Shown here piece after piece: positions 26,716 through 38,847 of a stretch of DNA of 64,000 nt; the stretch's first letter is position 1, and each line of letters opens with the position of its first letter. Made by a program: the position numbers and the translations under genes. This DNA is from Botryllus schlosseri (lineage: Eukaryota): NCBI GenBank assembly GCA_051294905.1, contig CM119379.1:11036001-11100000 (forward strand). Direction: 5' to 3'. The notes under the pieces were generated by a model. It saw only the letters and a program-made list of their open reading frames with translations. It searched no databases and had not been told where the DNA came from.

Positions 26716-28356
26716 GGCTATAGCCTAGGGCAGTGATTCCAAAAGTGGGCGCCAGCGCCCCCTGGGGGCGTTCGCGAGTATGAAATGGCGCTGGCCGTGA
26801 ATTGGGCGATTGTGGGCGCTGGCTATAAAATTGGCCGATAGGGGGAGGCGCTGAAAGCAAATGGGGGCGGTGTAGGTTTAGAAGGCAACTGCTGTGTATA
26901 GTGTCAAAACGATTGAATAAAGCAGCTAAATTCGCAGTAAAAAGGTGGAATAGATTTAGTTGCCTGAGGGCAATTTAGGGTCGTCCGTCTATTTATTCAG
27001 CTGTGCCGAAAAAGTCCATTGTTACTCGACAATCATGTTTCTCCTGCCCATCAATGGACCAATTTAGGAGCCGGCAGCATCCCCGAAAAGAGTGGTTCGT
27101 TGTTTGTTGTGAGAACTACGAAGTATTTTTGAGCAATGATTTCTCACCGCAAAGTGTGATGGCTTTTTGTTAGAAACTGTCTTGAGTGAATGTATTCTTT
27201 GTTTCAAACAATCATGGATTTTCCACAGCGCTGCGTCCGTGGCCTTCGACACGGCGTTCTCGTTGCGAGAAACGATATCGCTCGTACTTGGTGAGCATAT
27301 TTTCCAAAATTTACGAGGAGAATATATCCGTTCTTATAATGATGAAACCGTATGAAGGTGAAAATGGCACTGTCCGGATTCAGTGATACGCCCGTGATAT
27401 TTCAGTTTGCGACACGTGAACTAGCTGCTCCGCTTCTCAGGCTTGCATGAGCTTGCATGATTGCATTGTTCAGCTTGAATACAGGATTTTGATGGATAAA
27501 CATAAATAAATCATCTCACAAATTATGCTGATGTGATTCCAGGATATATTCCAATTACAAATTCCTCACCGGATAAGAATAATCAATCCATTCTGTGAAG
27601 TTTACGGACATGAAATGGTTGAGCAACTGATTACATTGTAGTGTGGAACAATTTCGAGTTCAACCCAAAGTTCAATATCTCCGATCAATCGTTGTGGATA
27701 ACAATCGATTTAGAAAAACACTCTCACTGGAGTCGGGTTGGCCTTTTCGTCGTTGTACTTCTCCACTCATATTTGATATAACGTGTTTTCAGTGCCATGA
27801 CAAAGTTTCTGATTCACAGCAGAAACCGACTTGACAGTAGACCTACATGAAGTGCATGGACACTGGAGATTTTAGACTGAGATTCTTCCTATCAAAACCA
27901 GAGGTGGTCAGTAACGAAGTACTTCTACTTTTTCGAAGTACTTAAGTAGTTTTCCTCTACTTCTGGTAAATAATCAAGTAGATATTGTTTCGCTACTTCT
28001 ACTTCTACTTAGTAATATTTTGTGAACTACTTACTTTTCGCTATTTTCAGTTTGTCAAGTAGAAGTAGTTTAATCCCCAAATAAGAATGATAGCCTAAGG
28101 AACTTCGGGGCTGTTTTCACGTAGTACCAAAATTTAATATTCATAAAAGTCATGCAATACCCAGAATTTTCGTTGCGCTTCGCGTACAGTAGATATGGCG
28201 TGACAAACGAAAAACGCTGACTATAATTTAGATACCGGGTTGCGTTCCCACCGCATTGTCGCCTATATCAAATATTTCATCACTATAGGCCTAAGTATGG
28301 CCCCCCATAACGTTTGAAACTACCACTTTGCTATCTAGCAATTACCTATTATACAT

Positions 28357-30499
28357 CCCAGGTAGCAAGCCTACTTGGGAACCACAAGGTATCCAGATAG
28401 GATGAAATGTGGTAAGTGGGGAAACCAACCAGGACCCTACCTTTATGGCCCCATATTACCGAGGTATTTTATGGGGTGCCATGTGGGTAACCCACGAAGC
28501 TGGAAGGGAAGCGAATAATATTTAGGGCTGGGCATAATGATTCGAGTACTCGAATCTGAATCGAGTAATAATTTTAATGATTCGAGTCGAGTAGTAAAAT
28601 ACGATTTTTTCGAGTACCGAAATTACACGCTCCTCGCCACTGAAAGTTATTTATCGACGAGAATTATAGTTTCGATACTATTTTCCACTGTGCAAGCCTT
28701 TAAACCTTAATTGACCGTAACGTAGCATGCGACACATATAGTACAAAGCTACAAACGTTACAGGAATTAACACATTTCTGAAGTCCTGACCAGCCCACAA
28801 CATTGTCACTAAGTGCAATGAAATCGGTAAGGTCGAAAAAATACCAAAGTATGTTTAATGTGATGGATAACAGGTATTATATTCTTTCGGGTGGCATGAA
28901 AGGTACATATTTGAACTTTGACATCTTCCATTCTATTATGACGTCATAATGAATGATGCTCGAATACTCGACTCGACTCGAAGCATAATACGTGATTCAG
29001 AATCGAATCACTCAGGTACTCGATTTTGCCCAGCCCTAATAATATTACGACCCCGGTCCTTGTAGCAGTGGCAGTGTATGTGGACCAAGAATTCGACGTA
29101 GACATGTGCTAAGGAGGTGTTAGATAAACCCTACACGTCATATATTTAACATTGTATACTATACAGTACATACCTGCTACCACTACCCACTCAAACCAAT
29201 ATATACGGCAATTTGAGTATATAATAACCTTTACTGTGGGTGAGTGCTGTCATCATTGTTTAAGTGTAATCGTTGAGTTATATTTTCAACTGAACAAGAC
29301 ACACACAATGTACAATGCGATAAGACACAAAGCGATGTAATGAACAGATAGGAGGATGCCGACCGACGCGCAGTTGTCGTCTTTTAGACTGACACTCGGT
29401 TTAGAGTGCCCGCCGTCACAGTTACTCTCGATGTTGATCATTTTCGAGGTCACGGCCCTTGCTAGCGCTTTCCATAAATTGTGAGTGCTTTCTTTCGTCG
29501 AGTCATCCTCGGGCCTCACGGCGGAAGAAGAGGAGCCCGGACAAATCTCCGACGGGAATCGACCGGGCCGCCCGATTCTTAGGCGCTTATCGTCACCACT
29601 ACCCGAATTCAATTCATATGGAGAAAGCAGTCTGGTGATGGAATTCAATTTGGAAATGTCCCAGCGACCATAATCGCAAATGAATAAATCGGAAACCGAT
29701 TATAATATGACTTTACAATACAGATCAACAAACCTTGCTGTAGGAAAATATAAAAGAAGCATCGATTGGGGAAAACTACTCGGTCGCATGTGGGAACCGT
29801 ATGGAAAATCGACACATCTTGATTGACAAAAATCACAAGTTCAAATTATTTGATCACAGAAATTTTACGAGTAAAATTAATCCTGAGTTAAAAATAGTAG
29901 ATACAGATAAGGGATAAAGGTAATGGGACCTACGCTAAAAAATTATATCGCAAGCTGTGAGGAATTGAGTACTCTAGCAAAGGAACTTTAAGTTCACTTC
30001 AGTGTGACAAACGGTCAATTTTAAACAGTTCAAATAACATTGACGAAGTAAAGCATGGTAGGGGTTTTAAAGTTCGATGTTCGAGGAACCAACAGGGATC
30101 GCATAATAGCTAGAAAACTTTACTACATACGGAACCACCTTATTATTCGATTAGATAAACCAAATAACATTGATGGAAAATAAGGTTGGTTCCTGTGTGG
30201 GTGATATATGGGAAATCTAAGCCCCTCTATATGTGGATTTCTCATGTTCCAAGATGATTTGATTACAAAAACTCAACAGGTAAAACTCCCCCTAGTTCAA
30301 ATTGATAGGTACAACGAGAAGATAGACTTCTTGCAATCTACCTGGGATTGGTATGGTATAACCAATAACCATGCATCTTTATGGATGGAAATCCCGCTTG
30401 GTTTCGATGTGGGTCACATGTTACTAACCCATTCCGTTTTTCCACCCCTCCTAACCACTTAAATTCCACTTGGATACCATGTGGGCGTGCTAGCTGGGT
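28357..30499. mobile_element. TIR element of undetermined superfamily inserted in 27899-31169
   Basis: Termini CCCAGGTAGCA / TGCTAGCTGGG; absent from the sister copy at ~46950, where the flanks are contiguous. Confidence 0.65.
28523..29038. mobile_element. 516-bp hAT MITE (TCGAGT-motif family)
   Basis: TIR TAGGGCTGGGCA / TGCCCAGCCCTA; perfect TSD ATAATATT; inverted sister copy at 45778-46292. Confidence 0.92.
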
Positions 30500-32717
30500 A
30501 GCAGCCCATGACGTGTCCTAATCTAGAAAAATAGAATTTGACTTTTTTCAACGTTCGACCTGTTTTAACAGACAGACGTCGAAACTTTCTGGACAAAAGA
30601 CATGAAATATATTTTCCGCTTTTTAGAGGTATTATTTGTATTTTTCTTTCAAATACGAGTATTGGGCCTATACGTCGAGTTCTAATTATAGTTTCAGTTC
30701 TTTTGTCTGTATACTAATCGCGCAAAGTGTTAAAGCGGTATCTTTCACAAATTTTCTGTATTGCTCTTCGACTGAACTAGGGGCCTTGTAATAAGGGGGA
30801 GGGTGCCATATCATGATATTCTCTACAATGGTGTGTTCGAGTAAACAAAGGATTAGTATCGCATTTCCTTATCAACACATCCCATGATGTGGACGACTGC
30901 TCCTGGGCTGCATCAATATGAATTAAGCTCTCTACACCTTCCGCATAGCTACATTCGCAGCTTTTGACAGTCCATACGAACGAATTACGATCGTTTTCAC
31001 AACTACTTGCTTACTTGAGTAGATTTAAAGTCAGTCAATTCTACTTCTACTTCAAGTAGTTTTAGGTTGTTTATGTGAAAAGTACTTCTACTCGTACTTG
31101 AGTAGATTTTTTTCGTCGGTACTTCTACTTCTACTTCAATACCTTTTTTTACTACTTTGACAACCTCTGATCAAAACTCAAAACCAATATGACGAGCATG
31201 ATGATAATAATAGGCCTACACCAGCTTAATCCGTCTCATTATTAGCTGTAATAAATGCAGAGCTACTTTGGTTTTATGATTTGTGCGTGTTGAGGGGGTG
31301 TCGGGCGGAGGCGGGCGGGTGGCACTTCATTTGTTGCCGAGGGGGCGGTAGCTCAAAAACGTTTGGGAAACACTGACCCAGGATTACTATACGTCCAGGT
31401 TTTTGAAAATGTCCTCCTTTACAGCTTCTACAGCTAGAGTAATGGACAGATTCGAGTGAAAGGAAATATAAATGACGCGAGATAGTAAAGACGGACGTTC
31501 GAGCGGGAAATTCGGGGTGCGATCGAAAGTGACGACCTTTTATTAGTCAACACCACTCAATTTAACTAAAACGTGTGTAAATCGGGAGTCGAACGAAAGT
31601 GATGACCTGTTTTTAGTGAACTCACCAATTTTACAGCAAAAAAAACGAAATCGGCTGTTTTCAATTTTGATCAACTTTGAACTTTTGGGATTTGGCAAAA
31701 GTGTTCCCTTTCCCGATTCCAAAATATGGTAACCCTATACTGTATAACTAACCCCTCATGACTACTGGATCACAATCTGGCATATATCGACCTCGCCTAC
31801 CGACACATACCGCATATATTTTCGTCGCTTCTTTTTTTGTTATACTTTAATAAACCCAGTGTACATGCCTCTTATTTACATGCTTTAGGCCAAGAGTTCT
31901 TAAACGGGAGTTTACGGACCCATTAGGGGCCCGTGAAATGTTAATATAGGCTTTACGAAACTACTAATCCAGATTATCGTTTGAGAATGACGACGATAGT
32001 GGGACCAGTCTACTACCTGTCTAGTCCTTGTACTTAAGCTTATTCAGCCTGGAATAACCTAAATAAAGTTGAATTTGATATGATGACCTTTCAGTCACCG
32101 GCTACTAAAATTTCGGCGGTAGGCCTACTCGCAAGTCGCAACCACCCACAAAATTTGAAGACGTCCGTGATCAAGAAAGTTCATAAACACCTTTGCTCTA
32201 GGCGACGGCGGGTGTCTGATTTAAAGACTATTAGCTACTCCAAGTCGATTCGGCACCCTTTCGTTTTTCCACTATATCGCAATCTTGTAGTGTTTTGATT
32301 TGATGAAAAGTTTCATACAGAAGATGATGATGAAGACGCCGTAGAAACTGCGATGCACGAAAGGTGAGAGCTCCGACTCAGACACTTCAAAACGTGGTAT
32401 AGTAGACATTCAACCCCAGACTACCATGACGTTGGGAGAGAATGAACCTACTGCACCAACTTCTGTGATTGTATAGAAAGTTATCGAAGAAATTGAGCCA
32501 ACCATCGCATTGCGCTTGGCTTTTGATTCGGGCAGATCTTGTTATCAGTGAAGCAATCTGCTTTTACAATTTAGGCGTCTCAGGTCAGATGCGGGTACTT
32601 TGGCATTTCAATTCATTAAGGAAAGGTCGGGCCCGAGTTCAAAAAGCGCTGCTACAGCAGCGGCAGTCTAAATGTCGACTGCCAATGTTTCCTATGCACC
32701 CGGGTCTGACATATATG

Positions 32718-33930
32718 CAGAGCCGTAACTTCCGCACCTCAAACCTCCCAATTGGGGAGGGGGCCGAGCTCGAAGGGGGCCCAAAATTATTTCGTGAATT
32801 AGCATAAATTATACAGTATTTTTTGAAAATTGATGCTATTTTTAAAAAGATTTCCGCGCGATTTCAAGTCACCAAATAGCTTGATTATTGGGTACTCTTC
32901 TTCCAAGAAAAGATACGCAGGATTTAGAGAAATAGGCATATCGGCGTTGGCCATTTCCGCGCCACGACGCACCGAGACATATCAAGTTTTATGCCATGTA
33001 ACATGCGACTCCAAGAAGTGTGTCAGAACGATCGGCAGCGACAAAACCTTGACCATTAAGAACTGCCTTATGCTGACCGCAAACTTCCCTACATTGGCCT
33101 ATACAAAATACGTAGAGGTTAAATTGTCCATAGGCGCCTAAATGACTGGCGCCAAATGTTCCTGTCTTGGCAATCTGAACCTCACAAGATAAATACCATC
33201 CCGCAAAATAAAAATAATACCAGTGAAGAAATACCAATCCGAAATCGTGTGATCTTTCAGTTTAGTACGTTTGGGCGATTCAATAGTCTTTAATTGATAT
33301 ACCAGACAGGAGGTGACGAAATAAAATCATGTAACGAAGTCATATCAACGGGTCCGCCCGCCTGAAGATGTTCAATTATTATTTATGGGCTCCACAGTTT
33401 CAAAGACACCTCACTCAGCTCTACCGGTAAATCTGATTACGTGAGCAGAGAGGACTAGAAATTGATAGCAATATATATGCAATTCCCGATCTAATTGACC
33501 GATTCTATCACGAATTATCGAAAATTTTCGCGCTGACTCGCTAAACAGTACCACTATATTTTCGTGGCTAGCGAACAACGTGATGGATGGGTCAGTTTAT
33601 CACCCTATGGGAGCCTAAGACTTAAGTTTTTTGGGGAAGGGGCCTGACAAAGTGTTGTTTCGTTCGTGCCAACGGGTATACACCCGGAGATGTTCAATTA
33701 TTATTGACGGGTCCAACCTTTTTAAACTCACCTCACTCAGCTCTAACGGTAAATCAGAATACGTGAGCATAGAGAGGATAAAAATTGATACCAACATATA
33801 CGCAATTCCCGATCATATTGACCGATTCAGCCATGAATTATAGAAATTTCTCGCGCTTTGCTTGTTTAGGCGAGAAATGTTGCCTCAATAAACGGACACT
33901 CAATGTATCACATAAGTAACGGTAGAAAGC
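32718..33930 (+). repeat. Dispersed repeat family B, copy 2
   Basis: Starts CAGAGCCGTAAC; colinear with 7587-8900; internal module repeated at ~33407 and ~33729. Confidence 0.8.
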
Positions 33931-35207
33931 GTATAGGCTTAGGGGGTGTGAGGGACTTTTTTTGAAACTGTCCTCGGAGGACGCTCAAATGTCCTCTTTT
34001 TGGAGAATTTTTATCACATTTAGGGCTAAATTCGACCGAGATACCGTAAATCCGCACCGAAGTAACGCTCCGGCGGATATTTCAAGATCTGAGCCGGGAA
34101 GTTGACCTTTTTTAGTCGATCAACGTAAAATGTGGAAGAAAAACTGGATTTCGGGAGCTGAGATGGTATGTTGACCTTTTTTAGTCAACTGACCACGAAA
34201 TGGGAAAAATTTACCATTTTTTAAGGATTTTCCTCCGGTTTTCACGTCTGAAAATTTTGAAAAAGTGTCTTCTTTTCCGATTTTCAAAATATGGTAACCT
34301 CATATAATTATACTATAATTGTGTAATTACTTTCGCAAAAGCATTTGGTATTAGCCTACAGACGGGTTGCACCCGATATAGTCGACGTATACTATATCGA
34401 ACGGCTACAACCATAGAGATCGTCGTCGGTTCAAAAGTTATGGCCCGTATAGATATCGATCATTGGCATGGAATGGATGTTTTGATGTTTATGACCAACG
34501 ACCGTAAATATGCTGCATAACGATACAGTTATGGAAGATATTTTTGTACGTTTATGACAGGGGTCGGAAGCCTTTTTCATGAAAGGAGGGCTCCGTATTT
34601 ACCCTATCTTTTCAACTGACAATGTAAATCTACTATGACGTCACAATTAAAGATTTGTGACGTCAAGGATATTAAAATAAGCAAATAAAACAGGTTATAT
34701 TTTAAATGCAGTCCTACTTAGGACGAAACTGGCCGCGTGCCGCACAAAATTTCGCCATCCGTCCGGCAGACCCTATTATGCACGCCGCCATATTATAAAT
34801 TATAGCCGATTTGTTCAACAATCAGCCGAGGGGTGGGCAAACTTTTCGGCCCCGGCTTAGTAGAGCTAAAACTTTAAATATTAAATAGTCAAAACAGAAT
34901 CTTTTATTTTGAAGGGATGGATAAGTGGGGATCTTGAATATGATAAACAAAAATATACATAGCCTGCATCATTTTTCGTACTTGTAGAAATAGAATGGTT
35001 TGTTTTAAATTTAATCCATTGAATACAGAGACCTGTTCATAAAACGTCGCCCATCTGCCCATCTGCCCATCTTTTTATTGAATGCAAGGCACTCATTAAA
35101 CTTTCAGCTTCTTAGATTGTTAGCTCATAACGGCTTTTCCTAAACACACGTGCCGTGAACGAATCTACCCAATGCGAACACGAGTCTTTTTCAGACTATA
35201 TGATGAG

Positions 35208-36073
35208 TAGGGCAATTTTTTTTAACCTAAAATCGAAAGTTTTTTACCTGAAAAATCAACATTTTGACATTTTTGACCTAAAAAACTTCATTATAACCAA
35301 ATTTTTACCGCACGTATGCAAATCAGTTGTATTCGCACATAACCTTAAAATTGTACTACTTATTTTCATTTCTGGTTGGAACAATCTGTCCTTGCGAAGT
35401 AGTTTGGCCGGAAAAAAAACGTTTTTGACTTAAAAACTGACAAATGTTTGCATGAAAAAAATGTATTTTAACGAAATCTGGCACTATGCCGAATTCCAGT
35501 AGTTATCTCACGCATAGTATGGTATAAATAATTAAAATTTGTTGTAGTACAACGAAAGATACTTTTCTGGATTGTCTGGTAAAAAGTGTCTGTCCTTACT
35601 ATGTAGCTCGCCAAGAATGGAAAAGTACGTTCAACATCAGCAGTTGTTGTTGGTTGACAACACTGAAGTTGTGCGTACACTGCTGGTGACACACCGTGTT
35701 GCTTCATTCTGACAATGTTGTCTACATCACAATTTTTCATCATGCGCTCCTTGATATAAGAACCATGCAATGCCCAAACAGTCTTGCTTCAGTTAGGATA
35801 TTGCGGTACATTGACCATAACACCATATACACCTATTTGTTTAATTTGATCGTTCATCATTCACAATGAGCAGACAATAGGCCTATAAAGTAGGCTAAAA
35901 GCTGTGCAAAATATCAAATGATAAGTTCAACGACAGTGCAAAATCTTCGATACATACGAAATGCAGGGGTACAAATTTTTTGACTTTGTAAACAATTTTG
36001 ACAATTTTTTTATCTAACGCTACAATTTTGACAAAATTTTGACTTATTGCGACATGTCAAAAAAATCGCCCTA
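35208..36073 (-). mobile_element. Deleted hAT-like element with frameshifted transposase C-terminus
   Basis: TIR TAGGGCAATTTTT / AAAAATCGCCCTA; TSD ATGATGAG / ATGCTGAG; minus strand reads YAQLQCCQPTTTADVERTF then, after a frameshift, LGELHSKDRHFLPDNPEKYLSLYYN (hATC-like). Diverged relative at ~18245-18500. Confidence 0.8.
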
Positions 36074-37347
36074 ATGCTGAGTAGTGACTGAGTACAGCAT
36101 TAGTGAGAAGGCTGACTTAGCAGACCTGCTAAAGAGCTACCTGTAGTTATGATGACAAATGAGGCCATTAGTCGGGAATTTCCGTCGTGATATTTCGATA
36201 GTGAAGCATTTTAAAATGTGACGTCGGGATTCTAGACCAGCAATTAAAGAAAGACTTTATACAATGCGATAATATGCTATTATTGATAGATTTGAAGATT
36301 TAATATTTCAAGGTACAGTTTCAATGCGTCACAGTAGCAATTCGATTTTGAATGACTTTCGCGGCCCGTACAAAAAGTGGCAGCGGGCCGCATATAATAG
36401 GTGAAATATTTTGGGGGGTAAGTAAAGCGGTACGCGTACGGCGGTAGGCGTAACTTCCCCTCTGGTGTTAATCGGGAGAATTCTCATGTTCGTCATCAGC
36501 AACCTCAAAAATCCTGAAAACATTCTTAGATGTTCTCCAAAAGATTTTTTTTCGTTTTGCTGTCTCTTGTCTTCATTTATCCTTCTCCATCACAACGAAA
36601 TCAGCGAGAGAGCGCTGCATTATTTATGACATCACACTCTTTTCCCTTGGTGATTTGGCTGACTCTTACACGACCTCCTTTGCACTTTGGGTTCAAAACA
36701 GTTCCGAATGCATGCAATATGTCCTATGCTATGATATCTTGCAAAACGAGAAATCCAGTTTGCAATGCTACAGATGGGCCACAAAAACCATATCGGAGAG
36801 AAAACGTGAAAGTTATCTAAATGTGAAATTAGACCAAATTAAATAATCTATTAAAAATAATGACAAATAATTGCTTATTTTACTCAGTCAAATGACGACT
36901 ATTATTGAGAGAGAGAGAGAGAAGAAAATAACATTAATGCATTAAATAATACCAAGTAACTTAACGGTGTAGGACAGGGTGTAATCGAAATGACTCTGAA
37001 TATAGGATCAACTAGTCTGATCACACCTTGCATCCAACAATTACAGGTATTCTTTATAAATTTGGTTGCAGTTGGTTGGGATTATTTAATTCAGCATATA
37101 GCTGAAATAAATAATAACAATAACATGGGAAAACTGGGGACAAGTGGGACAAGTGCAGTCAGTAATGGGAGATTAGGTGTCTTAATAATTCTTTTTTAAA
37201 TGAGTGATATGGACGGTCTCGTATAGATGTAGGTATAGTAGGCTATTCCAACTCAGGACCGGAAGATTCGATTGATTTTTTGTGAGGTTACTGGTGGGGG
37301 GCAGTAGATGGATGTTGCCCCTGGAAGAATAAGAAAGTCTGGTATAG

Positions 37348-37608
37348 TGAGAGAGAGAGGGTGAGAGATATGATATTCTTTTTCGCCTGCGCCATCGAGA
37401 TGCTTTGACGACGGAGTTGCGATACGGCCGTGAGGTCATCTAGTCGGCGCCCCCGTTTTTTTCTCTTCCATGCTATTAGTGATTGCTGAGCGCCTAGCAG
37501 GATAGCTGCGGATACCAAGTTCCGAGTCTTTGGTATGATCCGGCCGGGGATCGAACCCACGACCTGCCGATCGAGAAGCCTGACTCATAACCATTACACT
37601 ATCTCGCT
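37348..37608 (-). mobile_element. tRNA-derived SINE family 1, full length with (TC)n tail
   Basis: Reverse complement of the 41123-41390 copy over ~260 bp. Confidence 0.9.
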
Positions 37609-37642
37609 AGTGAGAGTGTACACTTCGAGCAAGCACGAAGAA

Positions 37643-38401
37643 ATGATTGAATGCAGGAGGTAAGTCATTCGAAAAATGTTGATGTATAAATTTTGCTACT
37701 TCAAATACGAATATATCATCAAATTTCAAGATTCTGTGTTTGCGTTAGAACTGGGATAGTCTGGTTCGAAAGGGCAAGATGGTCATCAAACGCATGGCTC
37801 GGTTTGGCAGGTTTCGAATCTTAGAGCAGAGGAGTAGTTAATAACGACGGTATGTCAACCCTGCCGATTTATCATTGTCAAACATGAATAATGCATGAAT
37901 TATTATTCCCGCAGGCATTAAGATCAATGACAACCTTAGAGGCAAAACGGCACCTATGCCGAGCGTAAGCTTCGAAAAGAAGAAACGCACGATTATCACG
38001 TACTGATTTCTATCACCAGGCGTCTATTTAGAATCTAGATTTTTCTATAGCACATCAGATCGCGTACCCTCGGGCAACGATTTCGCAGCCATATATCAAG
38101 CGTCTGCCGCCAGGAATATATTTACGGGTCTATTTCGGTAAAGTCAATTCATCGTCCGCTTCTGAAATCTTACGAGAATGTTACAATCCCATAGCACGTC
38201 CGTATTACCTGAGATATAGGTACAGTCATCTAGTAGCCTACCATTTCCAAGATATTTCATATTTGGTTCAGGCAGTCTGCTTATCCGATTCTGCGTGCTC
38301 TTGACAAAGAAGGTATCTTGCAAATGGCCACACTTTGCATGCAGGTTTCGATAGCCACATCGGCATCAGGCGCCAACGTGTCTTTAAAATCCGTTGGATA
38401 G
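37643..38401 (+). CDS. Candidate 7-exon micro-exon orphan gene (~126 aa)
   Basis: Exons 37643-37659, 37731-37758, 37825-37849, 37915-37964, 38032-38137, 38195-38219 and 38272-38401 join in phase; introns 71, 66, 65, 67, 57 and 52 nt with donors GTAAGT, GTCTGG, GTATGT, GTAAGC, GTAAAG, GTACAG. No domain recognised; could be non-coding. Confidence 0.4.
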
Positions 38402-38847
38402 CATTTTCCATAAACGCTAGTTTATGTTATGAAGTTATTTACGTTGATATATCATACCAATACGATTATACGTGATTTTCTGATTGAACTCTTTCTGTCT
38501 GGTTGGAAAACAACCACGATAATCGCTGCGCTGATTCTGTTGTGCATACAATTATTCTATAATTATTATTGTAATAGACTTTTCGCTCTCATCATGCCGG
38601 GATTTCACAACGGTCGACGCGGTGACATTCCTTACGAATCCTTTTTATTTACGGTCAAACGAATGACGTCACAGATTTATGTCGTCGTTAATTTGTTATT
38701 CTTCTCTTGTCAGAAATGTTATTCGCATTTCTGTCGCGATCCAGTCATGATATTCATCTGAGTTATTTGCATCTTCGCAGGGCGATTATAATTCTTAGAT
38801 AAGGATCTACCAAGAATATTAGGATATCATTATTAATTGTTCTGGGA

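Larger units (their letters stand above)
27899..31169. mobile_element. hAT element (CTACTTCTACT-motif family) expanded by nested insertions
   Basis: TIR CAGAGGTGGTCA / TGACAACCTCTG; perfect TSD ATCAAAAC at 27891-27898 and 31170-31177; relatives at 46620-47714 and 53871-55189. Confidence 0.88.

Noticed and set aside
37731-38219. TAG read-through or recoding, or a snoRNA host gene
   Set aside because: An ordinary splice model removes the in-frame TAG; the introns lack paired C (RTGATGA) and D (CTGA) boxes.
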